A DNA stretch of 64,000 nucleotides, taken from the NCBI RefSeq assembly GCF_009914755.1, contig NC_060925.1; one strand, given 5' to 3'. Below, one piece after another: positions 1 to 13,500 of this stretch. The DNA comes from the human T2T-CHM13v2.0 reference genome, Homo sapiens. The notes beneath the pieces are model-generated. The model was not told the DNA's origin. It saw only the letters and a program-made list of their open reading frames with translations, and did not search any database. The position numbers and the translations under genes are program-made. How positions within the stretch are numbered: the stretch's first letter is position 1; each line of letters begins with the position of its first letter.

Positions 1-89
1 CTGAAAAAATACATTATATATTAAAGTTACATAAAAAATACATAATATATTAAAGAAAGTTCTTCGGACACAACATACTTACGAAATAA

Positions 90-572
90 TAACTTCCCAT
101 TCCCCCTCTTTCAAGTCCACCATTCTACTTTCTGTTTCTATGAATCTGATGATACTAGATATCTCATATTAATGGAAACATACAGTATTTGTCTTTTTCA
201 ACTGGCTTATTTGACTTAGCATAACTTCTTCAAGGTTTATCCATGTCGTGACATATGTCAAAATTTCATTTCTTTTGAAAGCTGAATAATATTATTATGT
301 AACACCACAACTTGTTTATCCATTCATTTGTGGATGGACGCACATTTGGCTCTTTCCACTTTTTGTCTATTGTTACTAAAACTACTATGAACATTCGTGT
401 GCAAATATCTGTTTGAGTCTGCTTTTACTCTTGGGTAGATATGTCAGAAGTGGAATTGCTGGATCACATGATAATTCTACATTTAAATTTTGGAGAAGCC
501 ACCATACTATTTTCCAGAGTAGCTGCACCATTTTACATTTATATTTCCACCAGCAATTCACAAGAGTTTTAA
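90..572 (-). mobile_element. Old L1 3' end (L1MB-like)
   Basis: Antisense L1 3'UTR/ORF2-end motifs (cattctactttctgtttctatgaat, tggcttatttgacttagcataa, agtggaattgctggatca). Confidence 0.8.
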
Positions 573-953
573 ACTGAACTAATTTACATTCTCACCAACA
601 GTGTATAAACACTCATTTTGTCTGCATCCTCACCAATATCTGTTATTTTTGACTTTTCAATAATGCCCATTCTGACTGGTTTGACATGGTATCTCATTGT
701 GGTTTTGATTTGTGTTCCTCTAATGATTAGTGATGCTGCGCATTTTTTCATGTGTTTATTTACTGCATGTATATCTTCTTTTAAGAAGTGTCTGTTCATG
801 TCCTTTAATATAGGACCCAAATAACACGAATTGCCAAAGCAATCCTATGCAAAAAGAGCAAAGCCAGAGGAATCACATGACCAGACTTCAAGCTATAGTA
901 CAAGTCTACAATAACCAAAACAGCATGGTACTGGTATAAAAAGAGACACAATA

Positions 954-1245
954 GGCCGGGCATGATGGCTCATGCCTGTAATCCCAGCACTTTGGGAAGC
1001 CAAGGTGGGCGGATCACCTGAGGTCAGGAGTTCGAGACCAGTCTGGCCAACATGGTGAAATCCTATCTCTACTAAAAATACAATAATTAGCTGGGCATGT
1101 GGCGGGCGCCTGTAATCCCAGCTATCTGGGAGGCTGAGGCAGGAGAATCACTGGGAGGCAGAGGTTGCAGTGAGCTGAGATCATGCCACTGCACTCCAGC
1201 CTGGGCAATAAAATGAGACTCCCTCTCAAAAAAAAAAATAAAATA
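954..1245 (+). mobile_element. AluS (Sx-like) inserted in L1
   Basis: GGCCGGGC start, dimer, A tail; TSD aaaaagagacacaata (938-953) / aaaaatagacacgata (1246-1261). Confidence 0.95.
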
Positions 1246-1441
1246 AAAAATAGACACGATAAACACAAAGACCAATGGAACAGGATATAGAACCCAGAAA
1301 TAAAGCTGCACACCTACAACCATCTGATCTTTGACAAAGTCAACAAAAACAAGCAATGGGGAAATGACTCCCTATTCAATAAATGGTGCTGAGAAAACTG
1401 ACTAGCCATATACAGATGAAACTAGAGCCCTAACTTCTTAC

Positions 1442-1449
1442 GTTTTATT

Positions 1450-1480
<31 letters not shown>

Positions 1481-1598
1481 TCAACATATATTTTAAATTT
1501 AAAATTATATATTATACTATTACTTATGCATTTTATATATGTTATACTATAACATTATATATTATTTTATTATATATTATAATATAACATATATATTT

Positions 1599-1636
<38 letters not shown>
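1442..1636. repeat. Compound (TA)n/(CA)n ... (TG)n microsatellite inside L1
   Basis: Directly visible. Confidence 0.95.
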
Positions 1637-1638
<2 letters not shown>

Positions 1639-1974
1639 AAGGTGGATTAAAGACTTAAATGTATGACTTGAAACTATAAAATTCCTAAAAGAAAACCTAG
1701 GAAAACCATTCTGGACATTGGCATTGGCAAAGAACTTATGACTGAGTCTTCAAAAGTAATTGTAACAAAAATAAAATTTGACAAGGGACCTAATTAAACT
1801 AAAGAGCTTCTATATAGCAAACCAAACTATCAACAAAGTGAAAAGACCACCCACAGAATGGGAGAAAATATTTGCAAACTATGCATCTGACAAAGATCTA
1901 ATAACCAGAATCTATGAGAAAGTTAAACAATTCAAAAAGCCAAAACAAAAATCATTAAATGTTTCTGTCTTAAT

Positions 1975-2200
1975 ATAACATTACTAAAATTGTAAAACTG
2001 TAGAAGAACAGGTGAAAGGGAAATAGGTGTGGGAATCCTTGTGGTGATGAAAATTTTCTGTATCTTCAATATAACAAGGTCAATTATATTATAGTTTTGC
2101 AAGATGGTTTCAGTGGAGAAAATTAATAAAGGATATTTGAAATCACTCAGTATTATTTCTTACAAATGCATGTAAATCTATATGAAAACTTGTCTTAAAG
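1975..2200 (+). mobile_element. L1MD-like 3' end
   Basis: gggaatccttgtggtgatgaaaattttctgtatct...tattatttcttacaaatgcatgtaaatcta matches the L1MD 3' terminus. Confidence 0.65.
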
Positions 2201-2224
2201 ATTATTTGTGACAAAAATGTAATA

Positions 2225-2350
2225 TCTGACTTGGAAAAAATAATGGAAATAATGAAACATTTTCAGAGAAACCAAATTTAAGAAAATGTGTTATCAAAAA
2301 CCTGCACTAAAAATATATTAAAGAAAGTTCTTCAGACATAACTAAAATAA
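2225..2350 (+). mobile_element. Old L1M ORF1 3' fragment
   Basis: aaacattttcagag...cctgcactaaaaatatattaaagaaagttcttcag resembles the end of L1 ORF1. Confidence 0.5.
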
Positions 2351-2982
2351 TTTTAGATTAAAAAATTTTAAATTCAGTCTGGTAATGCAGAAGTTTGATG
2401 TATATGACTTTTTCATTTGTTTAGTGACTACATTTTATTTATGTCATGTCTTTCTTTTTTCTTCTACTTTTAAAATAATATTCAGTTTTTAAATTCTCAC
2501 TTTTAACTGAAATATTTAGTCCTATTTACATTTTTCTGATATGTTTGAAATAATATTATCATAACATTATTTATTCTATTCATTCCTTTTTTTTGTTCTT
2601 CCCATTGGATTTTTTGCCTTCTTTAGAATAAATTAAATCATCTTTTTATATCATTTCTTTCTCTCTACCTTATTTATTATATCATCTTTTAATAATTATA
2701 CCTAAGATTACAGTAGTCATTATAAATACATGATATACTGGTGCTTCACCACTTCAAAGCACAGGAAGCAATTTACAATGAATTAAATCTATTTACTCTT
2801 TCTCTTGCATTGTTTTGCTACTGTTATCTGGCTTTTAATGCCAGATAAACTCTATACCCCCAAACACATTATTATTTTTAATAGGTTATTATGTTAGTTT
2901 TACACATACATTACTTCATTTAGAGTTATTCATTCCTCCCTGCAAGGTTAAGCTGAATTCTAAGAATTTAAATGAGCCACTA

Positions 2983-5900
2983 CGTAGCTGCTACAGAGCA
3001 AAAGTCCTTCTGCTTGAGCAAAGTAGAACACAAAGTAAAGGGGACTTTGTCTTACACCTTAGGTACCAACACAGCCACAAAAGGGTAAAAAACCAAGCAG
3101 ACTCTTGAGATCCCTGATTCCAGGACTTGACTCTTAGATGGCATTTTTGGACCTTTTCTGGGACAGAGGACAGCCCACTGCCCTGAAGGGTGAGTCCCAG
3201 GCTAGGCAATATTCATGACAAGTGGACTCAAGAGACCTTGGGCCTTGAGGGAGCATCAGCAGTAGCCTGGCAGTACTCCTCATGGCCTGGGGTGGCGGTG
3301 GCTGCAGTTTGAGGCTCATCTGTCTTTGGAAAATGGAGAGAGGAGTGGGACAACTGCACCTTGTGGTTTGAGTGCCAGTTCAGCCACAGTAGACAAGAAC
3401 AGCAGTTAGACTTCTAAGGTTTTTGACTCTAATCCCTGAATCCTAAATTATACCTATGGACCCACCTGGGGCCAGGGGGAGCTTGCTGCCCTGAAAGGAA
3501 GGACACAGGCCTGGCTGACTTTGTACATTGGCTGACTGTAGAGCCCCAGGTCCTTGAGCAAACACAAGCAGTAGCCAGGGTGTGGTTACAGCAGGCCTTG
3601 GGGACCCAGTGCTGTGCTAGCTTCAGGTCTGACTCAGCACAGCCATTAAGGCAGTGACCAAAGGGCCACTACACCCCCAGCTTTAGGTGACTCAGAACAG
3701 AGAGAGAGAAAGGCTCTGGTTTTTTTGGAGAAAGTAAGGGAAGAAAACAAGAGTCTCTGCCTCGTGATCCAGAGAATTCTCTCAGATCTTGTCCAAGACC
3801 ATCAATGTGGACCACTGAGTCTGTAAGAACAGCAGTGTTAGTGGGCTTTGGGTGCCCCTAAAACAGATACGGTTTAGCTCAAAATACCCAAGTCCTTTCA
3901 AATATTTAGAAAGCCTTCCCAAGAAGGATAGGTACATGTAAGACCAGACAGTGAAGACTACAATAAATACCTAACTCTTCAATGCCTAGACACTGAAGAA
4001 CATTTCCTAGCATCAACACCATCCATGAAAATTGACCTCACCAAATGAATTAAATAAGGTACCAGGGACCAATCCTGAAGAAACAGAGATATATGAACAT
4101 TCAGAGAGATAATTCAAAATAACTATGTTGAGGAAAATGAAAATTTCAAGATAACACACAGAAGGAGTTCAGAATTCTACTTTAGTAGCAGAATAGATCA
4201 ATCCGAAGAAAGAATTAGCTTGAAGACAGGCTACTTGAAAACACATAGTCAGAGGAGACTAAAGAAAAAAGAACAAAAAACAATGAAGCATGCCCACAGG
4301 CTTTAGAAAATAGCCTCAAAAGGGGAAATCTAAGAGTCATTAGTCTTAAAAAGAAGGTAGAGAAAGAGATGGGGTAGAAAGTTTCTTCAAAAAGATAATA
4401 ACAAAGAACTTCCCAAACACAGGGAAAGATACCAATATCCAAACACCAAGCAGATGTAACCCAAAAAATACTACCTTAAGGCATTTAATAATCAAACTCC
4501 CCAAAGTCAAGGATAGAGAACGGATTTTAAAAGCAAGAGAAAAGAAACAACATACAATGGCACTCCAATCCATCTGGCAACAAAATTTTCAGTGGAAACC
4601 TTACAGGCCAGGAAAGAGTGGCATAACATATTTAAAATGCTGAAGAAAATGTCCTATATTTAAAATGCTGAAGAAAATGTCCTATAATAGTATATCCAGT
4701 GAAAATATCCTTCAAACACGAAGGAGAAATAAAGACTTTCCCAGACAAACAAAACCTAAGGGATGTCATCAACATCAGACCTATCCCAGAAGAAATGCTA
4801 AAGGAAGTACTTCAATCAGAAAGGAAAGGATGTTAATGAGCAATAATAAATGATCTGAAGGTACAATATTCACTGGTAATAGTAAGCACGCAGAAAAACA
4901 CAGAATATTGTAACACTGCAACCGTGGTGTGTAAACTACTCATATACTAAGTAGAAAGACTAAACAATGCACCAATCAAAAATAATAACTATAAAAATTT
5001 TTAAGACATATTTAATACAGTAAGATATAAACAGAAACAACAAAAAGTTAAAAAGCAAGGAGATGAAGTTAAGGTATATAGTTTGTATTAGTATTATTTT
5101 TGCTTATTTGTTTGTTTATGCAAACAGTGTTAAGTTGTCATCAAGTTAAAATAATGGGTTATATGATAGTATATGCAACCTCATGGTAACCTAAAACAAA
5201 AAAATACAATAGATACATAAAAAATTCAAAGTAAGAAACTAAACCTTATCACCAAGAAAATCACCTTCATTAAAGGAAGACAAGAATGAAAGAAAGAAAG
5301 AAGACCACAAAACAACCAAAAAAAAATAGCAGAAATACGTTCTTACTCATCAATAATAACATTAAGTGTAAATTAACTAAACTCTCTAATCAAAAGATAT
5401 AGAGTACCTGAATAGATGAAATAACGAGGCCCATTGTTCTGTTGCCTACCAGAAACACACTTCACCTGTAAAGACACATATAAACTAAAAATAAAGGGAT
5501 GGAAAAGTTATTCTATCTTTTTGGAATATCTTGGACAATGGAAACCAGAAAAGAGCAGGAGGTGCTATGCTTATATAAGAAAAAAATGAATTTCAAGACA
5601 AAAGCTATAAGAAGAGACAAATAAGGTCACAATATGATGAGAAAGGGGTCGATTCAGCAAGAGAAAATAACAGTTTTAAGTATATATGCACCCAACACTG
5701 GACTATATAAAGGAAATATTATTAGAGCTAAAGAGAGAGGTCTCAATACAATAATAGCTGGAGACTTCAACACCTACTTTTAGCATTGGACAGAACTTTC
5801 AGACAGACAATCAACAAAGAAACCTTAGACTTGATCTTCACTATTGACCAACTGGATCTGATAGATATTTACAGAACATTTCACTGAACAGCTACAGGGT

Positions 5901-8900
5901 ACGTTCTTTTCCTCAGTTCGTGTATCATTCTCATTGATAGGCGATATGTTAAGACACATAACAAGTCATAAAACATTAAAAAACACTGGAATAATATCAA
6001 GCATCTTCTCTGACCACAATGGAATAAAACTAAAAATTAATAACAACAGGAACTTTGGAAACTATACAAACACATGAAAATAAAACAAAATGCTCCTGAA
6101 TGACAAGTGAGTCAATGAAAAAGTTAAGAAGAAAATAGAAAATACTCTTGAAACAAATGGTAATGGAAACACAACATAGCAAAACCTATGAGATACAGCA
6201 AAAGCAGTACTCAGAGGGAAATTTATAGCTATACATGCCTGCATAAAAAAAACAGGAATCGTTTAAATAAACAATCTAATATGCATTTTAAAGAACTAAA
6301 AAAGCCATAGCAAACTGAACACAAAATTAGTAGAATAAAAGAAATAATAAAGATCAGAGCAGAAATATATGAAATTGAAATAAAAAACAAAAGATATAAA
6401 ACAAAAAGTTATTTAGTTGCAAAGTTAAACAAAATTGACAAACCTTTAGCCAAAGAAATATGAAAGAAAAAATAAATAAAATCAGAAATTAAAAAGGAGA
6501 TGTTACAACTGATACTGTGGAAATTCAGTATCAGGATAACTATAATCATAGTGGTTACTATGAGCAACTATATGCCAGTAAATTGGAAAATCTAGAAAAA
6601 TGGAAACATTCCTAGCACATACAACCTACCAAGATAAAACCAGGAAGAAATTCAAAACCTGAGCAGACCAATTACAAGAAATGAGATTTAAGTGATAATA
6701 AAAAGTCTCCCATTAAAGAAAAGCCTGGGACCCGATGTCTTTACTGCTGAATTCTACCAAACACTTAAAGAACTAACACCAGTCATACTAATACTATTCT
6801 GAAAAATGGAGGAGGAGGAAATGCTTCCAAACTCATTCTATGAGGCCAGTATTACCCTGATACTGGAACCAGACAAAGATACATAAAAAAAAAAAGAAAG
6901 AAAGAAAGGAAGAAAGGAAGGGAGGAAGGAAGGAAAGAAGAAAGGAAGGAAGGAAAACTACAGACCAACATCTCTGATAAATATTGATGTGAAAATCCTC
7001 AATAAAATACTAGCAAATCATATTCAACAATATATTAGAATGATTATTCCTCATGACCTAGTGGAATTTATCTCTGGGATGCAAGGATAGTTCAACATAT
7101 GCAAATCAATCAATGTGATACATCATATCAACAGAATGAAGGATAAAAACCACATGATCATTACAATTGGTACTGAACAATCACTTTATAAAATACTACA
7201 TCCTTTCCGATAAAAACTCTCCAAAAACTGGGATAGAAGACACATACATCAACATAATAAAAGCCATATACCACAAAACCACAGCTAGTGACATATTACA
7301 TGGGGGAAAAAAAGAAAGCGTTTTCTTTAAGATCTGGAACATGACAGGTGTGCCCACTGTCACCACCGTTATTCAACCTTGTGCTGGAAGTCCTAGCTAG
7401 ATCCATCAGACAAGATAAGGATACAAAGGTATCCAAAATGGAAAGGAAAAAGTCAAATTATTCTTGTTTGCAAATGATATGATTTTATATTTGAAAAACA
7501 ACTAGAGTCTATGAGAAGACAATTAGAACTAAAAAAATTCAGTAAAGTTGCAAGATAGAAAATCAACATACAAAAATCAGTAGCATTACTGTATGCCAAC
7601 AGTGAACAATGTCAAAAAGAAATAAAAAAGTAAGCCCATTTACAATCGACACACACAAAATTTAATACTTAGAAATTAACCAAAAAAGTGAAAGAGCTCT
7701 ATAATGAAACCTATAAAATACCGACAAAAGAATTGAAGAGAACACTAAAAACAAAGAAAAATGTTCCATGTTAATGGGTTGGAAGAGTAAGTATTGTTAA
7801 AATGTCCATACTACCAAAAGCAATCTACAGAGTTAATGCAATTTCTATCAAAATACCAATGACATTCTTCACATAAAGAGATAAAAAAGAGGATTCACAT
7901 TACCTGACTTCAAATTAAAATACAGAGCTGTAGCAACCAAAACAACATGGTCCTCGCTTAGAAACAGACACATGGGCCAATGGAACAGAATAGAGAACTC
8001 AGAAACAAATCCACACACCTACAGTGAACTGATTTTCAACAAAGTTTCCAAGAACATACACTGGGGAAAAGACAGTCTCTTCAATAAATTGTGCTGGGAA
8101 AACTGCATTTCCATATGCAGAATAACGAAACTAGTATATGGCCATATACAAAAAAAAATCAAAGTGGATTAAAGACTTAAATCTAATACCTGAAACTATT
8201 AAACTACTACAAAAAAGCACTGGGGAAATCTTCAGGACATTGGTCTGGGCCAAAATTTCTTGAGTAATACCCCACAAACACAGGCAAACAAAGCAAAAAT
8301 GGATAAATGAGATCACATCAAGTTAAAAAGCTTCTGCACAGCAAAGTAAACAATCAGTAAATTAAAAGGACAGCTCACAGAAAGGGAGAAAATATTTGCA
8401 AACTACGCATCTGACAGGGGACTAATAACCAGAATATATAAGGAACTCAGACTCCTCTACAGAAAAAAATCTAATAATCTGAAAAAAAAAATGGGCAACA
8501 GATCTGAATAGAGATTTCTAAAAAGGATACATACAAATGGCAACAGGCATATGAAAAAGTGCTCAATATCACTGATCATCAGAGAAATGCATATCAAAAC
8601 TGCAATGAGATATTTTCTCACCTCAGTTAAAATGGCTTATATCCAAAAAACAGGCAATAACGAATGCTGGTGAGGATGCGGAGAAAAGAGAACACTTGTA
8701 CACTGTTGGTGGGAATGTAAATTAGTGCATCCACTATAGAAACAGTTTGGAGGTTTCTCAAAAAACTAAAAAGTTAGTTACCATAAGATCCAGCAATCCC
8801 ACTGCTGGGTATATATAAAAAAGAAAGGTAATCAGTATATGAAAGAGATATCTGCACTCCTATGTTTGCTGCAGCACTGTTTATAATAGCTAAGATTTGG

Positions 8901-9477
8901 AAGCAACTAAACGTTCATCAGCAGAATGAAGAAAATGTAGTACATATACACAATGAAGTATCATTCAGCCATAAAAATGAATGAGATCCAGTAATCTGCA
9001 ATAACATGGATGAAACTGGAGATCATTATGTTAAGTAAAGTAAGCCAGGCACAGAAAGACAAACATCACATGTTCTTACTTATATGTGGGTTATCAAAAT
9101 CAAAACAGTTGAACTCATAGACTTACAAAATAGAAGGATGATTATCGGAGGCTGGGAAAGTTAGTGGAGGGCTGGAGGATGGGGGAGGAGAGGATGGTTA
9201 ACAGGAAAGAAAATATTTGAAAAGAATGAATAAGACCTACTATTTGATCGCACAACAGGGTGACTATAATTGGTAACAACTTAATCGTACATTTTAAAAT
9301 AACTTAAAGAGCATAATTGGATTGTTTATAACTCAAATAATAAATGCTTGAGGGGACAGATACCCCATTCCTCATGATGTGCTTATTTCACATTGCATGC
9401 CGATAACAAAACATTTTGTTTAGTCCCATAAATAGGTACACCTACTGTGTACCCACATTTTTTAATCTAAAAAATAA
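2983..9477 (+). mobile_element. Near full-length (~6.5 kb) decayed L1MA1-like LINE-1
   Basis: GC-richer 5'UTR, ORF1 and ORF2 remnants (ORF 7972..8172 '[22 protein letters not shown]'), L1MA1-type 3'UTR (gaggggacagataccccattcctcatgatgtgcttatttcac); 15-bp TSD ttaaatgagccacta at 2968-2982 and 9478-9492. Confidence 0.92.
6886..6957 (+). repeat. (A)n/(GAAA)n/(GGAA)n purine microsatellite within L1 ORF2
   Basis: Directly visible. Confidence 0.9.
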
Positions 9478-10571
9478 TTAAATGAGCCACTATATTGAAT
9501 GAATGTGCTAATATTTACAGTATATCTCAAATAATACTAAAAAGTAAACATGAAGAGGGTAAGTGGAGGGCAAGAAAAGGTGAGAAAACCAAGCGAACTA
9601 ATACAAATATCTAATGAAAATAGCAGCAAAGAAATTAGTGTGAAAATAGGGTGGGAAGGGAATATAGTGATGGACATTACTTAAGGAGTAAAACCTCACT
9701 AGACTAAAGATGTTATGTAAATAGTCTTGATACATTATATATTATGATACTTTTATCACAATGATATTTGCATGTTTACAGCTGTCAATTTATTAGAAAC
9801 CCAAGTTGTAGAAAAACTGTAATGGAAAACATCTTAGATAACTAAAAATAAGGATTTACAGACTTAAATTATATAATCAGAGCAATCAACTCTGATTTTA
9901 TTTGATTTATATTTGAACGACAATGGTTTCAGAGCTCTGAATTATAGCTGAAAATTGTTTAGAAGCACTGATTAAAGTTTTAAGCACTTACATAAAAATA
10001 TATTTTGGAAGATCTTTATTTTTTAAAAAGAATTTAGGTGTCTTCAAAAACATTATAGGAATTCTTGATAGAGATTTGAAGGTAAAAAAAATGTTTTTGA
10101 ACAACATTTTTTTCTAAGCTTTATAAAATATCGTATTCCACCAGAATTTAATATACTAGAAAATCCCTGTGGAGTGCAACAAAAAGATTTGTATGTAGTT
10201 CTTATGTCTTTTTTTCTGACTAATGGAAAACAAATGAAATGATGAAAAAGTCACATTAGATTCAGTCACACATCATAAATTGCCTTTCTTAGTGTGTCAT
10301 TGTATAAAATGACTCAACGTGCCCCAGGGGAGAATTCCATTAGAACACATACCCTTTTCATTTAGAACCTAAGCTTCAAAAAGCAGAGAGGATAGAAAGT
10401 TAGTAACTTCATCTGAACAATTGATGTTATAATAAATGTAGGTAACTGTGGTTGGAAAACAAAGTGAAAACTTACAAAGAACGGAAAATTTCCTTTCTGT
10501 AATACTCTCTATGTAACAAGAGGATTGATCAATATCTAAAGGCCTATTTTCTTTATTTGACCACTTAAAAA

Positions 10572-13500
10572 TAGTATAGCCATTATGGAACACATTATGG
10601 TAGTTAGTCAGAAAATTAAAAATAGAACTATCATATGATCCAAAAATCCCACACCTGGTATTTATTCAAAGGAAAATAAATCAGTACAGGCATGCCTCAG
10701 AGACTGCTGTTTTGGTTCTTAATCCCCACAATGTAGTGAGTCACACAAATACTTTGGTTTTCCAGTGTGTGCAAAAGTTATATTTACACTATAGTGTAGT
10801 TTAGGTGTACAAAAACATTATATCTAAAAACAATGTACATGCTTTAATTTCAAAACATATTTTATTGCTTAAAAATATTAACCGTCATCTGAGCCTTAAG
10901 TGAGTAGTAATCTTTTTACTGATAGAAGGTCTTGTCTTAATGTTAATGGCTGCTAACTGATTAGAGTGGTAGTTGCTGAAGGTTGGGGTGGCTGTGGCAA
11001 TTTTTAAAAAATAAGACAACAATAAATATGTAATTACTTCAAATAAAAACTTTACTTAAAAAAGGTTTGTGACAAAAATTTAATATCTGACTTGAGAAAA
11101 AATAATGAAAACATTAAACACTTTTTTTGGGGGGCACATTAATTGACTTTTTCTTTCATGAAAGATTTCTCTGTAGCATCTGATGTTCTTTGATAGCATT
11201 ACTCACAGTGGAACTTCTTTCAAAATTAGAGTCAGTCTTCTCAAACCTTGCCACTGCTTTATCAACTAAGTTTATATAATATTCTAAATTATGCGTTGTC
11301 GTTTTAACAAAGTTCACAGCATCTTCATCAGGAGTAGATTCCATCTCAAGAAACCACTTTTATTTCCTCATTCATAAGAAACAACTCCTCATCAATTTTA
11401 TCATGAGTTTGTAGCAATTAAGTCACATCTCACGGATCACTTCTAATTCAAGTTATCTTGCCATTTCCACCACATCTGCAATTGCTTCCTTTACTGGAGT
11501 TTTGAACCCTCAGTGTCATCCATGAGGGCTGGAATCAATTTCTTCGAAATTTCTGTTAATATTGATATTTTTACCTCCTCCCGTGTATCATGAATTTCCT
11601 TCATGGCATCTGGAATGGTGAATCCTATGCAGAAGGTTTTCTACTTACTTTGCCCAGATCTGTCAGAGGAATCACTATCTACGGCAGGTCTAGCCTTACA
11701 AATGATAAGACCTGAAAGTCTAAATTACTCTTTGATCCATAGATTGCAGAATAGGTGTTGTGTTAGCAGGCATGAAGACAACATAAATCTCCTTGTACAT
11801 CTTCACTGGAGCTCTTGCATGACCAGATACATTGTCAATGCGCATTTTCTTACCAATAGGTATCAAAAGTGGGCTGAAAGTGTTCAGTAAACCATACTAC
11901 AGACAGATGTCCTGTTAGCCAGGCTTTATTGTTCTTAATGTAGAGCACAGGCAGAGTTGATTTAGAGTAATTCTTAAGAGCCCTAGGATTTTTGGAATGG
12001 TAAATGAATATTAGCTTCAACTTAAAGCCACCAGGTGCATTAATTTTGAAAAAGAGTGTTAACCTGCCTTTGAAGCTTTGAAGGAAGACATTGCCATCAT
12101 TTATTTTAACTGTGAAAGTCCTAGATGGCATCTTCCTCCAATACAGGGCTGTCTACATTAAAAAAAAATACATTAAAAATGTCATTAAGTGTAGCCTCCT
12201 TCATCGATGATGTTAGCTAAATCCTCTGGATAGAACTTGTTGCAGCTTTAAACCTCAGAACTTGTGACTTCCACTTTTGGGTTATGAAGATGGCTTCTTT
12301 CCTTAAAGCTCATTAATTAAGCTCTGCTAGCTTCACACTTTCCTTTCACAGTTCCTTACCTCTCTTAGCCTCCACAGAATTGGACAGGGTTAGGGCCTTG
12401 CTCTGGATTAGGCTTTGGCTTAAGGAAATGTTTTGGCTGGGTTGATCTTCTATCCAGGCCACACAAACTTTATCCATATCACAATAAGGCTGTTTCACTT
12501 TCTTATCATTCGTGTGTTCACTGGAGTAGCACTTTTAATTTCCTTCAAGAATTGTCCTTGGCGTTCACAATTTGGCAAACTGCATGGCACAAGAGGCCTA
12601 TCTTTAACTTATCTTAGCTTTTGAGGTGCCTTCTTTATTAAGCTTAATTATTTCTATTTGTTGATTTAAAGTAGAGACAGATCACTTTTCCTTTCACTTT
12701 AACATGTAGAGGCCACTGTATGGTTATCAAATGGCCTAATTTCAATATTGCTGTGTCTTAGGGACCAGACAGCCTCAAGGAGAGGGAGAAACACAGTGAA
12801 ATTGCCAGTTGGTGGAGCAGTTAGAACACACACAATATTTATCAATTAAGTTTGTTGTCTTATATTGGTGTGCTAAGTGGCATCCAAAAACAATTACGAA
12901 AGTAGCATCAAAGATCCCTGATCACAGAACACCATAACATATAGAACAGTAATAATTTGAAATATTGCAAGAATTAGCAAAATTTGACACAGAGACATGA
13001 AATGAGCACATACTTTTAGACAAATGACACCAATAGATTTGTTCAATGTAGAGTTGTGACAAACCTTTATTTTCTAAGAGAGAAAATATATGTGAGGTAT
13101 AATAAAGTTCAATAAAACTAGGTGTGCCAGTGTATTGAAGTTATATATGCACACACACCCGTATTTATTGCAGCACTATTCACAATAGCCAAGATATGGA
13201 ATGGACCTAAGCCAAGATATAATGGAGCTATATATATATACACACACACACAATGGAATACCATTCGGCCATAATAAAGAATGAAATCATTTTATTCAGG
13301 GCAACACGGATAAGCCTGGAGGATATTATTTTAAGTAAAATAATTCAGGCATGGAAAGATAAATACTGTATGTTCTTACTCATATGTGGGGGCTAAAATG
13401 TTGAGCTTATACATGTAAAGAGTAGAATAGTGGGTAATAGAAATGGGGAAGTGGAGGACAGAGAGGGGTTTGTTGACAGTCATAAAATTACATCTAGATA

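Larger units (their letters stand above)
575..1960. mobile_element. L1 ORF2 fragment (L1PB/old L1PA-like) with internal inversion: 575-806 minus, ~810-1960 plus
   Basis: ORFs 584..820(-) '[16 protein letters not shown]' and 1778..1978(+) '[22 protein letters not shown]' are consecutive L1 ORF2p C-terminal segments in opposite orientation. Confidence 0.85.

Noticed and set aside
11156-12131. TIGD1-like domesticated transposase gene
   Set aside because: Reading frame broken into short pieces; an ordinary dead Tigger1 copy.
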